A program made the translations under genes and the position numbers. 39,976 nt of DNA from Ministeria vibrans ATCC 50519 (taxonomy: Eukaryota; Protista; Filasterea), in assembly GCA_943704425.1 (NCBI GenBank), contig CALSCP010001922.1, positions 1 through 39,976 on the forward strand. The letters are read 5' to 3'. The notes beneath the pieces are model-generated. The model did not search any database. It saw only the letters and a list, made by a program, of their open reading frames with translations, and had not been told where the DNA came from. Shown here one piece after another: positions 1 to 13,930 of the stretch; the stretch's first letter is position 1; each line of letters opens with the position of its first letter.

Positions 1-109
<109 letters not shown>

Positions 110-121
110 TTCTCGCTCCAG

Positions 122-1627
122 GCACAGAACAAGTCGACGACGTGCGATTGTCTGTGCGGCATCGACGCATCATTTGGCGTCATCTGTGTTGAATCGTACA
201 ACTCGAGCGCACCGCTGTGTGGTCATTTGGAGGGGACGGTCATTGTTGACTACGACAATGCCACCGACACCTTCTCAGCGACCCGCGCCTTCGATGGTGT
301 CTGCGACGTCTACTCGATCACTACCAATGACTACACCGCGGCGACCGCCTCGCCGTCGACCACGCTCGGCAATTGTACCTTTACCTACAGCGATGCCGAG
401 CTCAACCGGCGTCTGGAGCGTACAGACGACGTGCGCAAAATCGAACTGGGCTTCACCATTGTCGGCACGGTCCTCACCATCCTGTTTCTGTTGCCCGCTC
501 GCTTTCAACAGACGCGCGCCAAGTATCGAGAACGATTCGAGCGCGGCAAAGTCGCCGTGGACACGGTGCGCACGTGCAGCCTTGGTCCTGTCTGGCATTT
601 TATACGTCGCTATGTGCGTCGTCGCTTCTTTGGCGAAGACCCCGACAGTGACACACACAGTGCCACGTCGGAAGACCCCTTAGCGGTGAGCGCGCGCTCT
701 GCGGCTGCCATCTCAGACCAACTACGGGACGAACAGAAGCGGGCGGCCGTGGCCACGATGGGGGCGACGCTGCTCGAGGACGACGGCGCCGACGACGACT
801 TCGCCCCAGTCAATGTCGTCGTCATGCCCGTCAACCTCTCGTCGAGTGTGCTTCCGGCACGCGACTCGCAACCCCCGCCCTCCACACTTCCCGTCTCGGG
901 CACTGCTGCCAGTATCCTACCCGCTGATCCGGCAACCAAGGGCCCGTGGTACAGTGGCGCGCAGCTTAGCATTGCGCTCCACACCATCCGCGACATCCCC
1001 CAGCTTGTTATCATTGTCCTTTACACTGCGCGTCTGCAGGCCCCGCGCGGCCTTCAGTGCGCCCTCTGCATCGCCACCGCCCCAGCGCCACTCCCACCGT
1101 GTGCAGCTCTCTCGTCGCTCGTCGCCGACCCGGCTATTGCTCTCTCCCTCTTCGGCGTGTTCCTCTCACTTCTCTCCACCGCCGTCGAGCTCATCGTTAA
1201 GGCTGAAGTATGGCTTGCGTGGCGTCGCTCTACCGCTTGCATCGTTGTTACGCGCGATCTTTTCATGCTACTGCTCTTCGCCGCCTCCTTCATTTGGATG
1301 TGGTACATTCTCTTCTTTGCCGCTGTGCTCCTGGTGCAGCCCCTGCGCGACATTCTCTTTCCCAATGCCGTCGGTGTCATCATCTATTCCATTGCGAGCT
1401 GTCTTTTGCTCCTCTATTGGATTGTCGCCTGTGCTCTCAAGCGCGCCGGACGTCGCTTCGAACTCTCCTCCTACTTTGAAATATTCTTCTTGCTCACTCT
1501 CTTGCGCAACGAGGAGACCACCCGTCGCATTGACTCTGTCCGCAAGTACTGGCACGACAAAGGCCCGTCTACGCATGGCCGCTTTGTGCGCACCGCAAAC
1601 GTTCTCTGTGCCTGCTTCTTCTGCTAA
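122..1627 (+). CDS. Terminal exon of a multipass membrane protein of unknown function (5' exons outside the window)
   Basis: CAG acceptor at 119-121. The frame is open from 122 (AQNKSTTCDCLCG...) into the 466-aa ORF, with a Cys-rich N-terminal part, several hydrophobic segments and the C-terminus LCACFFC*. Confidence 0.75.
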   Translation, partial: AQNKSTTCDCLCGIDASFGVICVESYNSSAPLCGHLEGTVIVDYDNATDTFSATRAFDGVCDVYSITTNDYTAATASPSTTLGNCTFTYSDAELNRRLERTDDVRKIELGFTIVGTVLTILFLLPARFQQTRAKYRERFERGKVAVDTVRTCSLGPVWHFIRRYVRRRFFGEDPDSDTHSATSEDPLAVSARSAAAISDQLRDEQKRAAVATMGATLLEDDGADDDFAPVNVVVMPVNLSSSVLPARDSQPPPSTLPVSGTAASILPADPATKGPWYSGAQLSIALHTIRDIPQLVIIVLYTARLQAPRGLQCALCIATAPAPLPPCAALSSLVADPAIALSLFGVFLSLLSTAVELIVKAEVWLAWRRSTACIVVTRDLFMLLLFAASFIWMWYILFFAAVLLVQPLRDILFPNAVGVIIYSIASCLLLLYWIVACALKRAGRRFELSSYFEIFFLLTLLRNEETTRRIDSVRKYWHDKGPSTHGRFVRTANVLCACFFC

Positions 1628-1971
1628 CAGTGTCCCTTAGAGCCGCACTACGATCCACTTTGGTTTGCACACACACACTGTGCTGCTACTGCATGTACTT
1701 TATTGTATAAAGAAATGACTACCATACCACGTTCACCTTGTTAAATCTACTGTGGCATGACCACTGATGAAATGTGGCAGCCCATCTCATGCAAGGCATC
1801 CTTGGCGCAGCAATAGAACGACCCTCCTAGTAGATACAGTGCAGTCTGCTCAACATGTACTCGCGACGGGCCTCGCTGAGTTTACCATGACGATTGTGAC
1901 AACGAAAACAAACAAGAATATATCTTGAAGAAGAAAAAAGAATGTTATACAGTACAATTTCCGATTGTGAC

Positions 1972-2082
1972 TTAGTGCGTCAGACGTCGAAACCGCCCCT
2001 TGCCACGTCGCCGAGCAAGTACACGGCGGCCCGCAATTGTTGACAGGCGTTTGAGAAAGCCGTGTTTGCGCTGGAGTGAGAA

Positions 2083-2118
<36 letters not shown>

Positions 2119-2363
2119 GAAAATGATGGCAAAGTGAGAAAGAGACGCACAAACGCCTGTCGTCGTACCTTTCGTCGGGTATTGTGTGGCTGATACTCCA
2201 TTCCGAACACTGCCATGCCGCGTGAGGGCTGGGCGCATGGGCGAAGGGCAGAAGGAACAGAGAGAGATGGCAAGCTCGCCGAAAGGGGCGACAGAGCTCG
2301 GGACTCTCTGGCCAGTGCCATCACAGGCTGTCTTACAACCGCGTTTGACAAGAAACGAAGCAT
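1972..2363 (-). CDS. MRPL34: Mitochondrial ribosomal protein L34 (bL34m); exons 2363-2169, 2070-1972
   Basis: Presequence-like N-terminus, then GMEYQPHNTRRK|RKHGFLKRLSTIAGRRVLARRRGKGR, the L34 signature, joined across a GT-AG intron. Confidence 0.95.
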
Positions 2364-2499
2364 ATTATCACAAGTAGAATGATTAAGAGTGAAAAAAGTT
2401 TTTCAAATCCTCAAAATGATTTTGGAAAAAAAAATTAAAAGTAAATGTAATATCAATTTATTTTTCTTTTCTTTTATTAATAGTACAGTAACACTCTCC

Positions 2500-4087
2500 A
2501 TGTCGTGGTTATTGTAAGCACTTTGGCGACTTTTTTTTTTTTGTTTTCTGTTTTTTGAAACGAATGTCAAATTTGGCACAACTCATCTCCTGCTTGGCGG
2601 TGGGTGTGGCACGTGGTCAGCCACGTGCAGTATGGGTACGGAGAGCGTCTTTCCGTGCCCGCAGACGCCTCCCATCGACGGTCGGAGGGTTTGAAACCAA
2701 AAAAAAAAAGAGTTGACGCTCCCAAACCAATCTGTTGGCGTTTGTGAACCCCTCGCTGCGGCCCCAAGACGCAGGGAAGCGTGTGCCAAGCGTGCAGGGC
2801 GTGCGGCAGTGCGCGTCTCCTTCGGCTTTAGAGACTCTTCAGATCCATTGACGTTTTTCTTTTTTCTCGTTCACTCTTTCTAGTGGAAACAAGTCTGCAA
2901 AGACCTTCAAGCCCAAGAAGAACATTCCCGAAGGCTCTAAGCAGTACCAAGTAAGCCACTCTCAAGTGTGCTCGTTCCGTCGTTTTTTTTCTATTTTTTT
3001 CTTGGACAGAATGATAACTTCTGAAGCGACACTAAGACACTCATTGTGCCACACCCCCAATTCACACACATACACACACATCCGTATCACATGCACGTAT
3101 ACACGCACACATACATACATGCACATACACACATGTGTATACGCTAGGGACATTCTAAGCACACAGGCACACCACAAAGACACACCACACACACACACAC
3201 ACACACACACCACAACAACGACACACACACACACACCACACAGACACTCACATGCACACATACACAATATGCATTGTTCTATCAATCTCAATGAACTTTT
3301 GCTCAATCAACGAATGTTTGAGTTTGTTTTACTCACTCACGCTTCTCTTTGTTTTCTCTCAGTTGCACAAGTATGCACAGGCGACGCTCGGAAGTGGCAA
3401 TCTACGACTGGCAGTAACGCTGCCGGAAGGCGAGGACCTGAACGAGTGGATTGCGGTGAACACAGTCGACTTCTTCAACCAAATCAACATGTTGTACGGA
3501 ACCATTACTGAGTTTTGCACCCTGTCAACCTGTCCCGTCATGTGTGCCGGTCAAAAGTACGAATCAATATAAAGGAGGATTGCGTTGATTGGGTTGGGAG
3601 GGAGGGAGGGGCTGGGCTGACCGGAGCGTGATTTGCCTTTGCAGATACGAGTACATGTGGGCTGATGGTGAGGCAGTGAAGAAGCCCATCAAGTGTTCTG
3701 CGCCCGAGTACATTGACTACCTCATGACATGGGTACAGAACCAGCTTGACGACGAGTCGGTGTTCCCTTCCAAGATTGGCGTGCCTTTCCCGAAGAACTT
3801 CCAGACGGTCGCAAAGACTATTCTCAAGCGTCTCTTCCGCGTCTACGCACATGTATACTACTCTCACTTTGACCGCATCGTCGCTCTCGGTATTCAACAC
3901 ACAGTGAGACAAAGGACCTCAGGGCTAACCGTCACGCTTCTCTCGTTTATGTATAGGCGAAGAGGCGCACCTCAACACCTCCTTCAAGCACTTTATCTTC
4001 TTCGTGCAGGAATTCAAACTGGTCGAGAAGAAGGAGATGGCGCCTCTGCAAGAACTCATCGACAAGCTAACGACCAAGGACCAATAA
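2500..4087 (+). CDS. MOB1: MOB kinase activator 1; exons 2500-2513, 2884-2950, 3363-3556, 3645-3889, 3957-4087 (216 aa)
   Basis: Spliced product [42 protein letters not shown]...[27 protein letters not shown]...[11 protein letters not shown]...[12 protein letters not shown]. All introns are GT-AG and the exons sum to 651 nt. Confidence 0.97.
2563..2855 (+). ncRNA. Putative structured RNA element within MOB1 intron 1 (class unassigned; RNase P/MRP-like helix order)
   Basis: Hand-identified complementary segments: 2563-70/2848-55, 2573-80/2782-89, 2609-16/2621-28, 2634-45/2649-60, 2668-72/2684-88, 2756-60/2770-74, 2815-19/2831-35, plus a possible pseudoknot 2687-95/2838-46. Confidence 0.45.
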
Positions 4088-4218
4088 GAGGGAGGAGAGA
4101 CAGAGAGTGACAGAGAAACAAACACTTCAAAAGTGAAAATGGAGCTTCAAGTCAAGAAAGAAAAAATTGATTTAGATTTTATCGCGATTCGTGCATCGTG
4201 GACACTTGTTCAATCCAT

Positions 4219-4774
4219 TTAGAGGTCGTTCTTGGGCTCGCACTTGACCCCGTTGATGCCCATCATCTGCGTCTCAAAAATCAAATCCGAGTCTAAGAAA
4301 TTAATATATAAATACACAAAATAATCATTAGAAGAGACGCTTGTTTTGCTCCATTTTCGGAGCAACATACTTGGGGGAATGACGCCACCGGCACCGCGGG
4401 CGCCGTAGCCGAGCTCGGAGGGGATTTCCAGCAGGCGACGTTCGCACAGACACATTCCCTGCAGCCCCTGCTCCCAGCCCTGGATAACCATGCCCTGCCC
4501 GAGTGTCAGGCCAAAGGGATCGCCACGCTTGAACGACGAGTCAAATTCGCGGTCGTTGGACGCGAGACGGCCCGCGTAGTGGACGAGCAGCTTGTCGCCG
4601 TTCTTGGCCTTGACGTCGCACGGCGAACCCGTCTCCGTAATGGTAATCTAGCCATCGGCGTGCCCAAGCACTCGGTCAGCCACGTTGACCGGCCCAACCT
4701 CCTTCGCGTACCTTGACCTCCGCGGCGGAGCAGACAGCGGCGAAGAGCGCGAGAGCGATGATGCTGTACTTCAT
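4219..4774 (-). CDS. ER-type FK506-binding peptidyl-prolyl isomerase (FKBP2-like); exons 4774-4712, 4647-4371, 4292-4219
   Basis: Signal peptide MKYSIIALALFAAVCSA; FKBP motifs VHYAGRL, FDSS, VIQGWEQGL, IPSELGYGARGAGGVIPPNSDLIFE; C-terminal KNDL, a KDEL-like retrieval signal. Confidence 0.93.
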
Positions 4775-5008
4775 TGTTAAAAAGAGTGTTAAACTTAAAT
4801 AATAGTAATTCAATTTCCAACTTTTCTCCTTGACTTTTCACTTCATTAATTATTATCTATTTATTCTATTAAATTAATTTTTTTATTAATTTATTTATTA
4901 GGAGTTTTATTAGATCAAAGCATTGCTGTATTTAGGAATGGAATTATGTGAAGTGAAAAAGTGAAAAATGAAAGTAATAGTTGTATTGTATAGTTATGAT
5001 TGTTATGT

Positions 5009-7866
5009 TCATTGGTTCACAGAGAGTGAAAGTGACAGCAGAGATGTATCGTCAATGAGAAAGGGCGATGGTGGAGAAACGGCGACACGGGAGGCAGCGT
5101 CGGAAATGGGCAAGAGGGCGAAACGCGGAGCAGTGGGTGCAATGGCCATGGCATTGTGGCTGTCAGAGGAGGCGCTGGTCGAAAGGGGTGGTGGTGCGGT
5201 GGGAACTAGTCGTGCGGGGATGTGGCGGTAGAGGGCGCCGTAGAGCACCGAGTGTCGATGGAAGCAACGGGAGACGCTCGCACGCAAATGGGGTGTGACA
5301 ATGTCCACGTCAAAGGGATCCACGCGCTCCATGCACTGCCGCACGAGCGCACTCACTTGCGTCGAGAACGCCGCCGCATCGTGCGCACCGCGACCGGCAA
5401 GCACAAGTTGCAGCACTGACAAATCAAAGACCCACTGGAGACAGGCGTCCTGCGAGCGAGGCACAGGTGCCGCACTGTACGCGCGCACACAAGCGTCACC
5501 CAAACACGCAATGAGCTGGTGAGCAACACCGCGCGGTGCCACACGAACGCAGTGGCGCGACAGCTGTGTGCAAATGTCATACAGAAGCGCAGAGACCGCA
5601 CACGAAAGGTGAACAGGCACAGGCACCGTTGTCGTGGCCGGCTGCTCCGCCTCCTCCTCGTCGGTTCCCGCTGGCGCCGTCGCTTCGTCAGCAATGTGTA
5701 CTAGGTCCAGTGCACCCCCACCAAGCAGCGCACTGTCGCCTGCAAGTGCCTCGGCGACACTGCGCTCTACCTCGCCGCTGTACTGCTCGGCCCACTTGTG
5801 CCATGCGCCCGTCGCCACGTCGCGCAGTCGGCTGAGCCTTTCAGCGAGACGCTCATCCGCCAGTCCCGTCGCACCACGTGCCAGCGCTGCCGACGGACTC
5901 GACGCAAGTGCAGCAGCAGCAGTGCGCGACCGAATGCGTGCAATGGCCGACGAGGCGGGTGACGACGCAGCGCCGACCGTCGTTGCTGTTGTCATTGATG
6001 GCAATGTTGTGCGCGCGTGTGCGCTCGATACCAATTCGACGGTACGCGGAGTGTGCTCACTCAGTGCCGCACTCAAACGTGCCACCACAAGCACTGCATC
6101 GTCGTTCGCATGGCGGTCCAGTCGCTCCACCAGCACCGCAGTGAGGCGTTCAAGAGCGTCCAGGGTCTCTGAGTGAGCGTGCCTGAGCAACGCCACACCA
6201 TCCGCATACCGATCAAATGCGCCATTGCCACCGTCATGATCAGAGGGCCGTTCGGGACTGAGATGACGCACGTCGTCAAATAGTGTCACAACGCCCTCTT
6301 CAACACCCGAAAGCACCAACCGCACTCCCGGAGTGATCCCCGCTGCCTTGTCTGCCACACTGTGATGGTCTGCACTCTGCTCGTCCCGACCACTCGAGGC
6401 AATCCAGTCGTACACGCCCGCCTCAGCCTCGTGCCCAGTTGCACCGCTGCCTCCCTCACACACTTGCGCAAGCACAGTGTCCAGTCGTTCAGCGGGGACA
6501 CGCACAAGCGTCTCATGAACGCAACGCGTCACGATCTGGCGCGCGCGGTCAGCCACCGCTGCGCGCACTAGGCACTGCCACACATCCAACACTGCACCCT
6601 CTCCGTCGCCCATGGCGTGCCAGACGGCCGTCGTGAGCACACCCAGCGCCTCAACGGACGAGAGACGCGACACAAGTGAGTCAACTAAGGGTCGCAGTGT
6701 GTCCCACAGACGGACACTCCACAGCTGCACACACTCAAGCACACGCTGCGCCGCAAGCGGCGACTCAGCCGCGCTGCACATGGGCCGGTAGTGAAGCACG
6801 GGAGCTGGGAGGTGCCGTAGTACGGCGTGCAATGAGGCTCCCTGACTGGCAAACAGTGGAAAGACGCGGTCTTCATCGGCGTCGCTGGGATGGTGTGTGG
6901 CCGTGTCATCGTGACCGCTGCGACTGTTGAGACGCAGTGAGCGTGTGAGCATCGACAAGCTCTCGTCGAGCACCACTCCATTTATCCTATTCGTGGTGTT
7001 ATGGTCATGGTCATCACCGCCAGGGTTGAAGACGCTCAAAGCGTGTGCGACCGTTGCCTGGATGGCACGAAGGAGTGTGCAAACACGATCGCACACAGAC
7101 GCCGTTGACGATTCGTCGCTCGCCAAAGACACAATAGCTTGCCCACGGAGCGCAAGAAACGTGTCCATAAGACGTTGCTGCCCTTGAGCGTCCAGCAGAG
7201 CAATGGCCGTGAGCGCCCGTGTGACCTCGTCAGCGTCGCCATTGACATCGGTCGCTTCGCCAAGGGCACCGTCCAGAATCGACTGACGAAACTTCCTAAT
7301 GGCCGCCCACTGGCCACGCAGCACGGGAAAGGCATCTACCAGGGGTTCGGTGTCGGTGCGCTTGTGTTGTAGCTGACTGAAGACGCTGTCGGCGAGCAGA
7401 AAGAGACGGGCGGCGCGCAGGAAGTCGCGCGCTTCGAGAGCCGCCCACACCTGCTCGGGTGTGTCGACCATGAGCTTCATTTGCGCCGCAACGGCATTTC
7501 CGCCGACTCGGCTTTCGGCTGAGCAAGAGCGTGCGGGCGCTGGCTCTGCCGAGGGCGGTGAAACGCGAGAGCAAAGTGTCTGCATCCGCTTTACATTTGC
7601 CACGACGCTTTCCGTCGCTTTCTTCATCTGTCCAATGGTGTCCGCCGCGTCAATGAGATCACGATATCGTTCACCAACTAGTTGTCGCAACTCCTCCTTC
7701 TTCTGGTCAATGTTGGACCTACGCAGAGCGAATTGGTTAGCAATAGTGCACATCTTTTTTTTTTCCCCTCCTACTTGATCTTATCGGCATGTGCCTTTGC
7801 CTCGGCGACAGTGACACGACGAAGTAGATCTTCTGCATCGCGATCCACTTGTCGCAACGTCTCCAT
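5009..7866 (-). CDS. COG1: Conserved oligomeric Golgi complex subunit 1; exons 7866-7775, 7718-5009
   Basis: Vps51/COG1 N-terminal motif KKEELRQLVGERYRDLIDAADTI, KLMVDTPEQVW, and C-terminal VDPFDVDI and PRFALLPIS as in COG1; one 56-nt GT-AG intron. Confidence 0.88.
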
Positions 7867-8004
7867 TCTGATAGAGAAAAGAAATAGAGCAGAACGACTG
7901 ATTGAATTTTCAAAAGAGTAAAGACTAAACTCTAAAGACAAATCACAATTTTGATATTCAGATTTCGAGAAGAACCCCCCCGTCGGTGAAATCATACCTA
8001 CATC

Positions 8005-8432
8005 ATGTCGAAAGCACCTATGCCTGAACTGAAAAAGTAAGGGCAAAAGATGGCCAAAAAAAAACCAACTGATTCTCTCTCTTGCGTCGCCGGTCTCTCT
8101 CTTCCCCCACTGCCTGCTAGATACATGGACAAAAAGCTGTCTGGTAAGGACGCAGTGGTCGTTGATTCTTAGCGTATTGTCAAACGTTTGACCGATTTTT
8201 TTTTTTTTTTTTTTTNNNNNNNNNNNNNNNNNNNNNNNNNNNNNNNNNNNNNNNNNNNNNNNNNNNNNNNNNNNNNNNNNNNNNNNNNNNNNNNNNNNNN
8301 NNNNNNNNNNNNNNNNNNNNNNNNNNNNNNNNNNNNNNNNNNNNNNNNNNNNNNNNNNNNNNNNNNNNNNNNNNNNNNNNNNNNNNNNNNNNNNNNNNNN
8401 NNNNNNNNNNNNNNNNNNNNNNNNNNNNNNNN

Positions 8433-8476
<44 letters not shown>

Positions 8477-8478
8477 AG

Positions 8479-8521
<43 letters not shown>

Positions 8522-8963
8522 GACAGAGAGACAGAGAGAGACAGAGAGAGACAGAGAGAGACAGAGAGAGACAGAGAGAGACAGAGAGACTCTGCGACAT
8601 GCTGTCGCCGTTGTGCCCTGCCCAGCCCGCCCTTGCCGCTGGCGAGCCTCCCTGCCCCCTTTGCTTCCTGTTTCTTGCTCTGTTTTGTGTGGATTGTTTC
8701 TTATTGTCCTCCGTTTCCTGTGTGTACCGTTTCTCTCTGTTTCTTGGTTGCTTTACTCTTATTGTCCTCTGTTTCTTGTGTGTATTATTTGCTTTACTCT
8801 TCTTATTGTCTTCTGTCTTGTGTTTCGTTTTCGGTTACTTTTACTTATCACATTTCTTGTGCAGGTTGTTTCGCCGACAGAAAAGACAGACATTGGAATG
8901 GTGGTTGTGCGTGGAAACTCAATTGTCATGCTCGAGGCACTACAGAGAGTCGGAGGTCCCTGA
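8005..8963 (+). CDS. SNRPG: Small nuclear ribonucleoprotein G (SmG); exons 8005-8036, 8121-8143, [missing exon, probably in the N gap], 8865-8963
   Basis: MSKAPMPELKKYMDKKLS ... IGMVVVRGNSIVMLEAL match the SmG termini. The Sm1-motif exon is not in the resolved sequence. Confidence 0.92.
8216..8432. other. Assembly gap (217 N) flanked by poly-T and (AG)n/(AGAC)n repeats
   Basis: Directly visible. Confidence 0.99.
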
Positions 8964-9068
8964 GTGAGGGACACCGACCGAGAGAGAGAGAGAGAGGTAT
9001 AATGTACAAATTCGATGGATTATTGTTGCAGAGTCATTGAGTCAGAAGGACCCCCCTGCGCAAGTCGA

Positions 9069-9958
9069 TTAGAGGGTAAAGAGACTGAACCAGGGTTTGT
9101 CGAGGGCGGTGGCAGTGAGTGGAGTCGAAGGACGGAACTCAAGGCCGACACAGGAAGTGTAGCCGATGGTGTCAATGAGACGCGCAAGATAAGGAATGTT
9201 AATTTCGCCGTTGGCGTCGGGCTCACGTCGACCGGGTACCTGTGACACTTGTATGTGACCAATGATGTCCTTGTGAGTAGTGAGAAGATGGGTGAGGCGC
9301 CCATGAGTGAGTTGCGCATGAAAAGAATCGAATTGAAGGCGCAGATTAGGGGCGGCAACACTTGCAATGGTCCGCAATGCATGGTCGTAGGTGGACATGA
9401 AGTAGGCGCTCACCGCTTCGTGGCAGATGGGTTCGATTGTGATGGTGATTCCGTGCTCGGCGACGCGCGCTGTGACGCGTCTCAGGTTGCTCTCATAGAT
9501 TGCTTGTTGTGCGTCGCATGTCATGTCTGTCGCTGTGCGACCGCTGAGACAGTGAAGCTTTTTCACAGAGAGTGCTTGTGCATATTCGACGGCTGTGTCC
9601 ACCGTTTCGTCGAATGCCTGCTGCCTCGACTGTGCACATAAGCCACAGTCGTCGGATTCCTACAAAGAAAGACATGAATCAATTATTATTATGATAAATG
9701 AGATGATGGAAAAAGTGCAAAGAATTGCTGGTGGAACTGAATGAAACAGTAGATGGATACGTTGCCAGCGGGCATGTTGAGCAGGACAAAAGAGACATTG
9801 GCGCGGGCTGCAGCCTGCGTCAACTCCGCAAGATCAGTCCGGTACACATCCGCGCCAGCCTCTACGAACCGAAACCCGTGCGCTGCCGCGGCACCGAGAC
9901 GCTCCAAAAAGGGCAGTTCGGTGAAAAGCATGGATATGTTGGCGCAAGCGAGAGGCAT
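9069..9958 (-). CDS. HYI: Hydroxypyruvate isomerase; exons 9958-9761, 9659-9069
   Basis: ANISMLFTELPFLERLGAAAAHGFRFVE, IEPI, QFDSFHAQ, IGHIQVSQVPGRREPD, GEIN and VGLEFRP are Hyi-family motifs; phase-0 GT-AG intron. Confidence 0.93.
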
Positions 9959-10060
9959 CGTCCGTTAAAAAGAATTATTATGTTCTATTCAAGCTGATAT
10001 TCATTTTTCGGGTTAATTCGTTCAATGTTCATTTATTATCACTTATTTATTGCTGTTGAC

Positions 10061-13546
<3,486 letters not shown>

Positions 13547-13575
13547 GGCTCCATTACTTCTTCCTTGTTTCTTTA

Positions 13576-13579
<4 letters not shown>

Positions 13580-13674
<95 letters not shown>

Positions 13675-13744
13675 TGCTCTCATACACACGGTGTAGAATC
13701 ATCTTGGGAAGATGGTGAAACAGGCTGGACCATCANNNNNNNNN

Positions 13745-13836
<92 letters not shown>
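13580..13836. repeat. (CT)n tracts around a 9-N gap, enclosing a 63-nt duplicate of 12101-12163
   Basis: Directly visible; 13673-13735 is identical to 12101-12163. Confidence 0.9.
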
Positions 13837-13841
<5 letters not shown>

Positions 13842-13930
13842 CTTTGTTTCTTTCCCCCTCCCCCCTCTCTCTTGCTACATCAACGCGCGCTCTATCTCTC
13901 TTTCTATCTCTACATGAACAGTGTACATTT

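Noticed and set aside
1755-1880. CTGATGA motif and GCATGA/TCATGC hairpin suggesting a hammerhead, C/D snoRNA or SECIS
   Set aside because: No GAAA hammerhead core, no convincing terminal stem for a C/D pair, and no in-frame UGA gene nearby.
2684-2780. TPP riboswitch or telomerase RNA identity for the MOB1 intron element
   Set aside because: No CUGAGA or CCUGAU core, and no CUAACCCU-type template on either strand.
5068-7778. Many antisense and alternate-frame ORFs over COG1 (likewise PPOX and the ARM gene)
   Set aside because: Expected shadow ORFs in GC-rich coding DNA; no independent motifs.
13673-13735. Exact 63-nt duplicate of an MTIF2 acceptor and exon start (12101-12163) downstream of the gene
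   Set aside because: It follows a (CT)n tract like the original and ends at an N gap, so it is most likely a mis-extension through the microsatellite rather than exon duplication.
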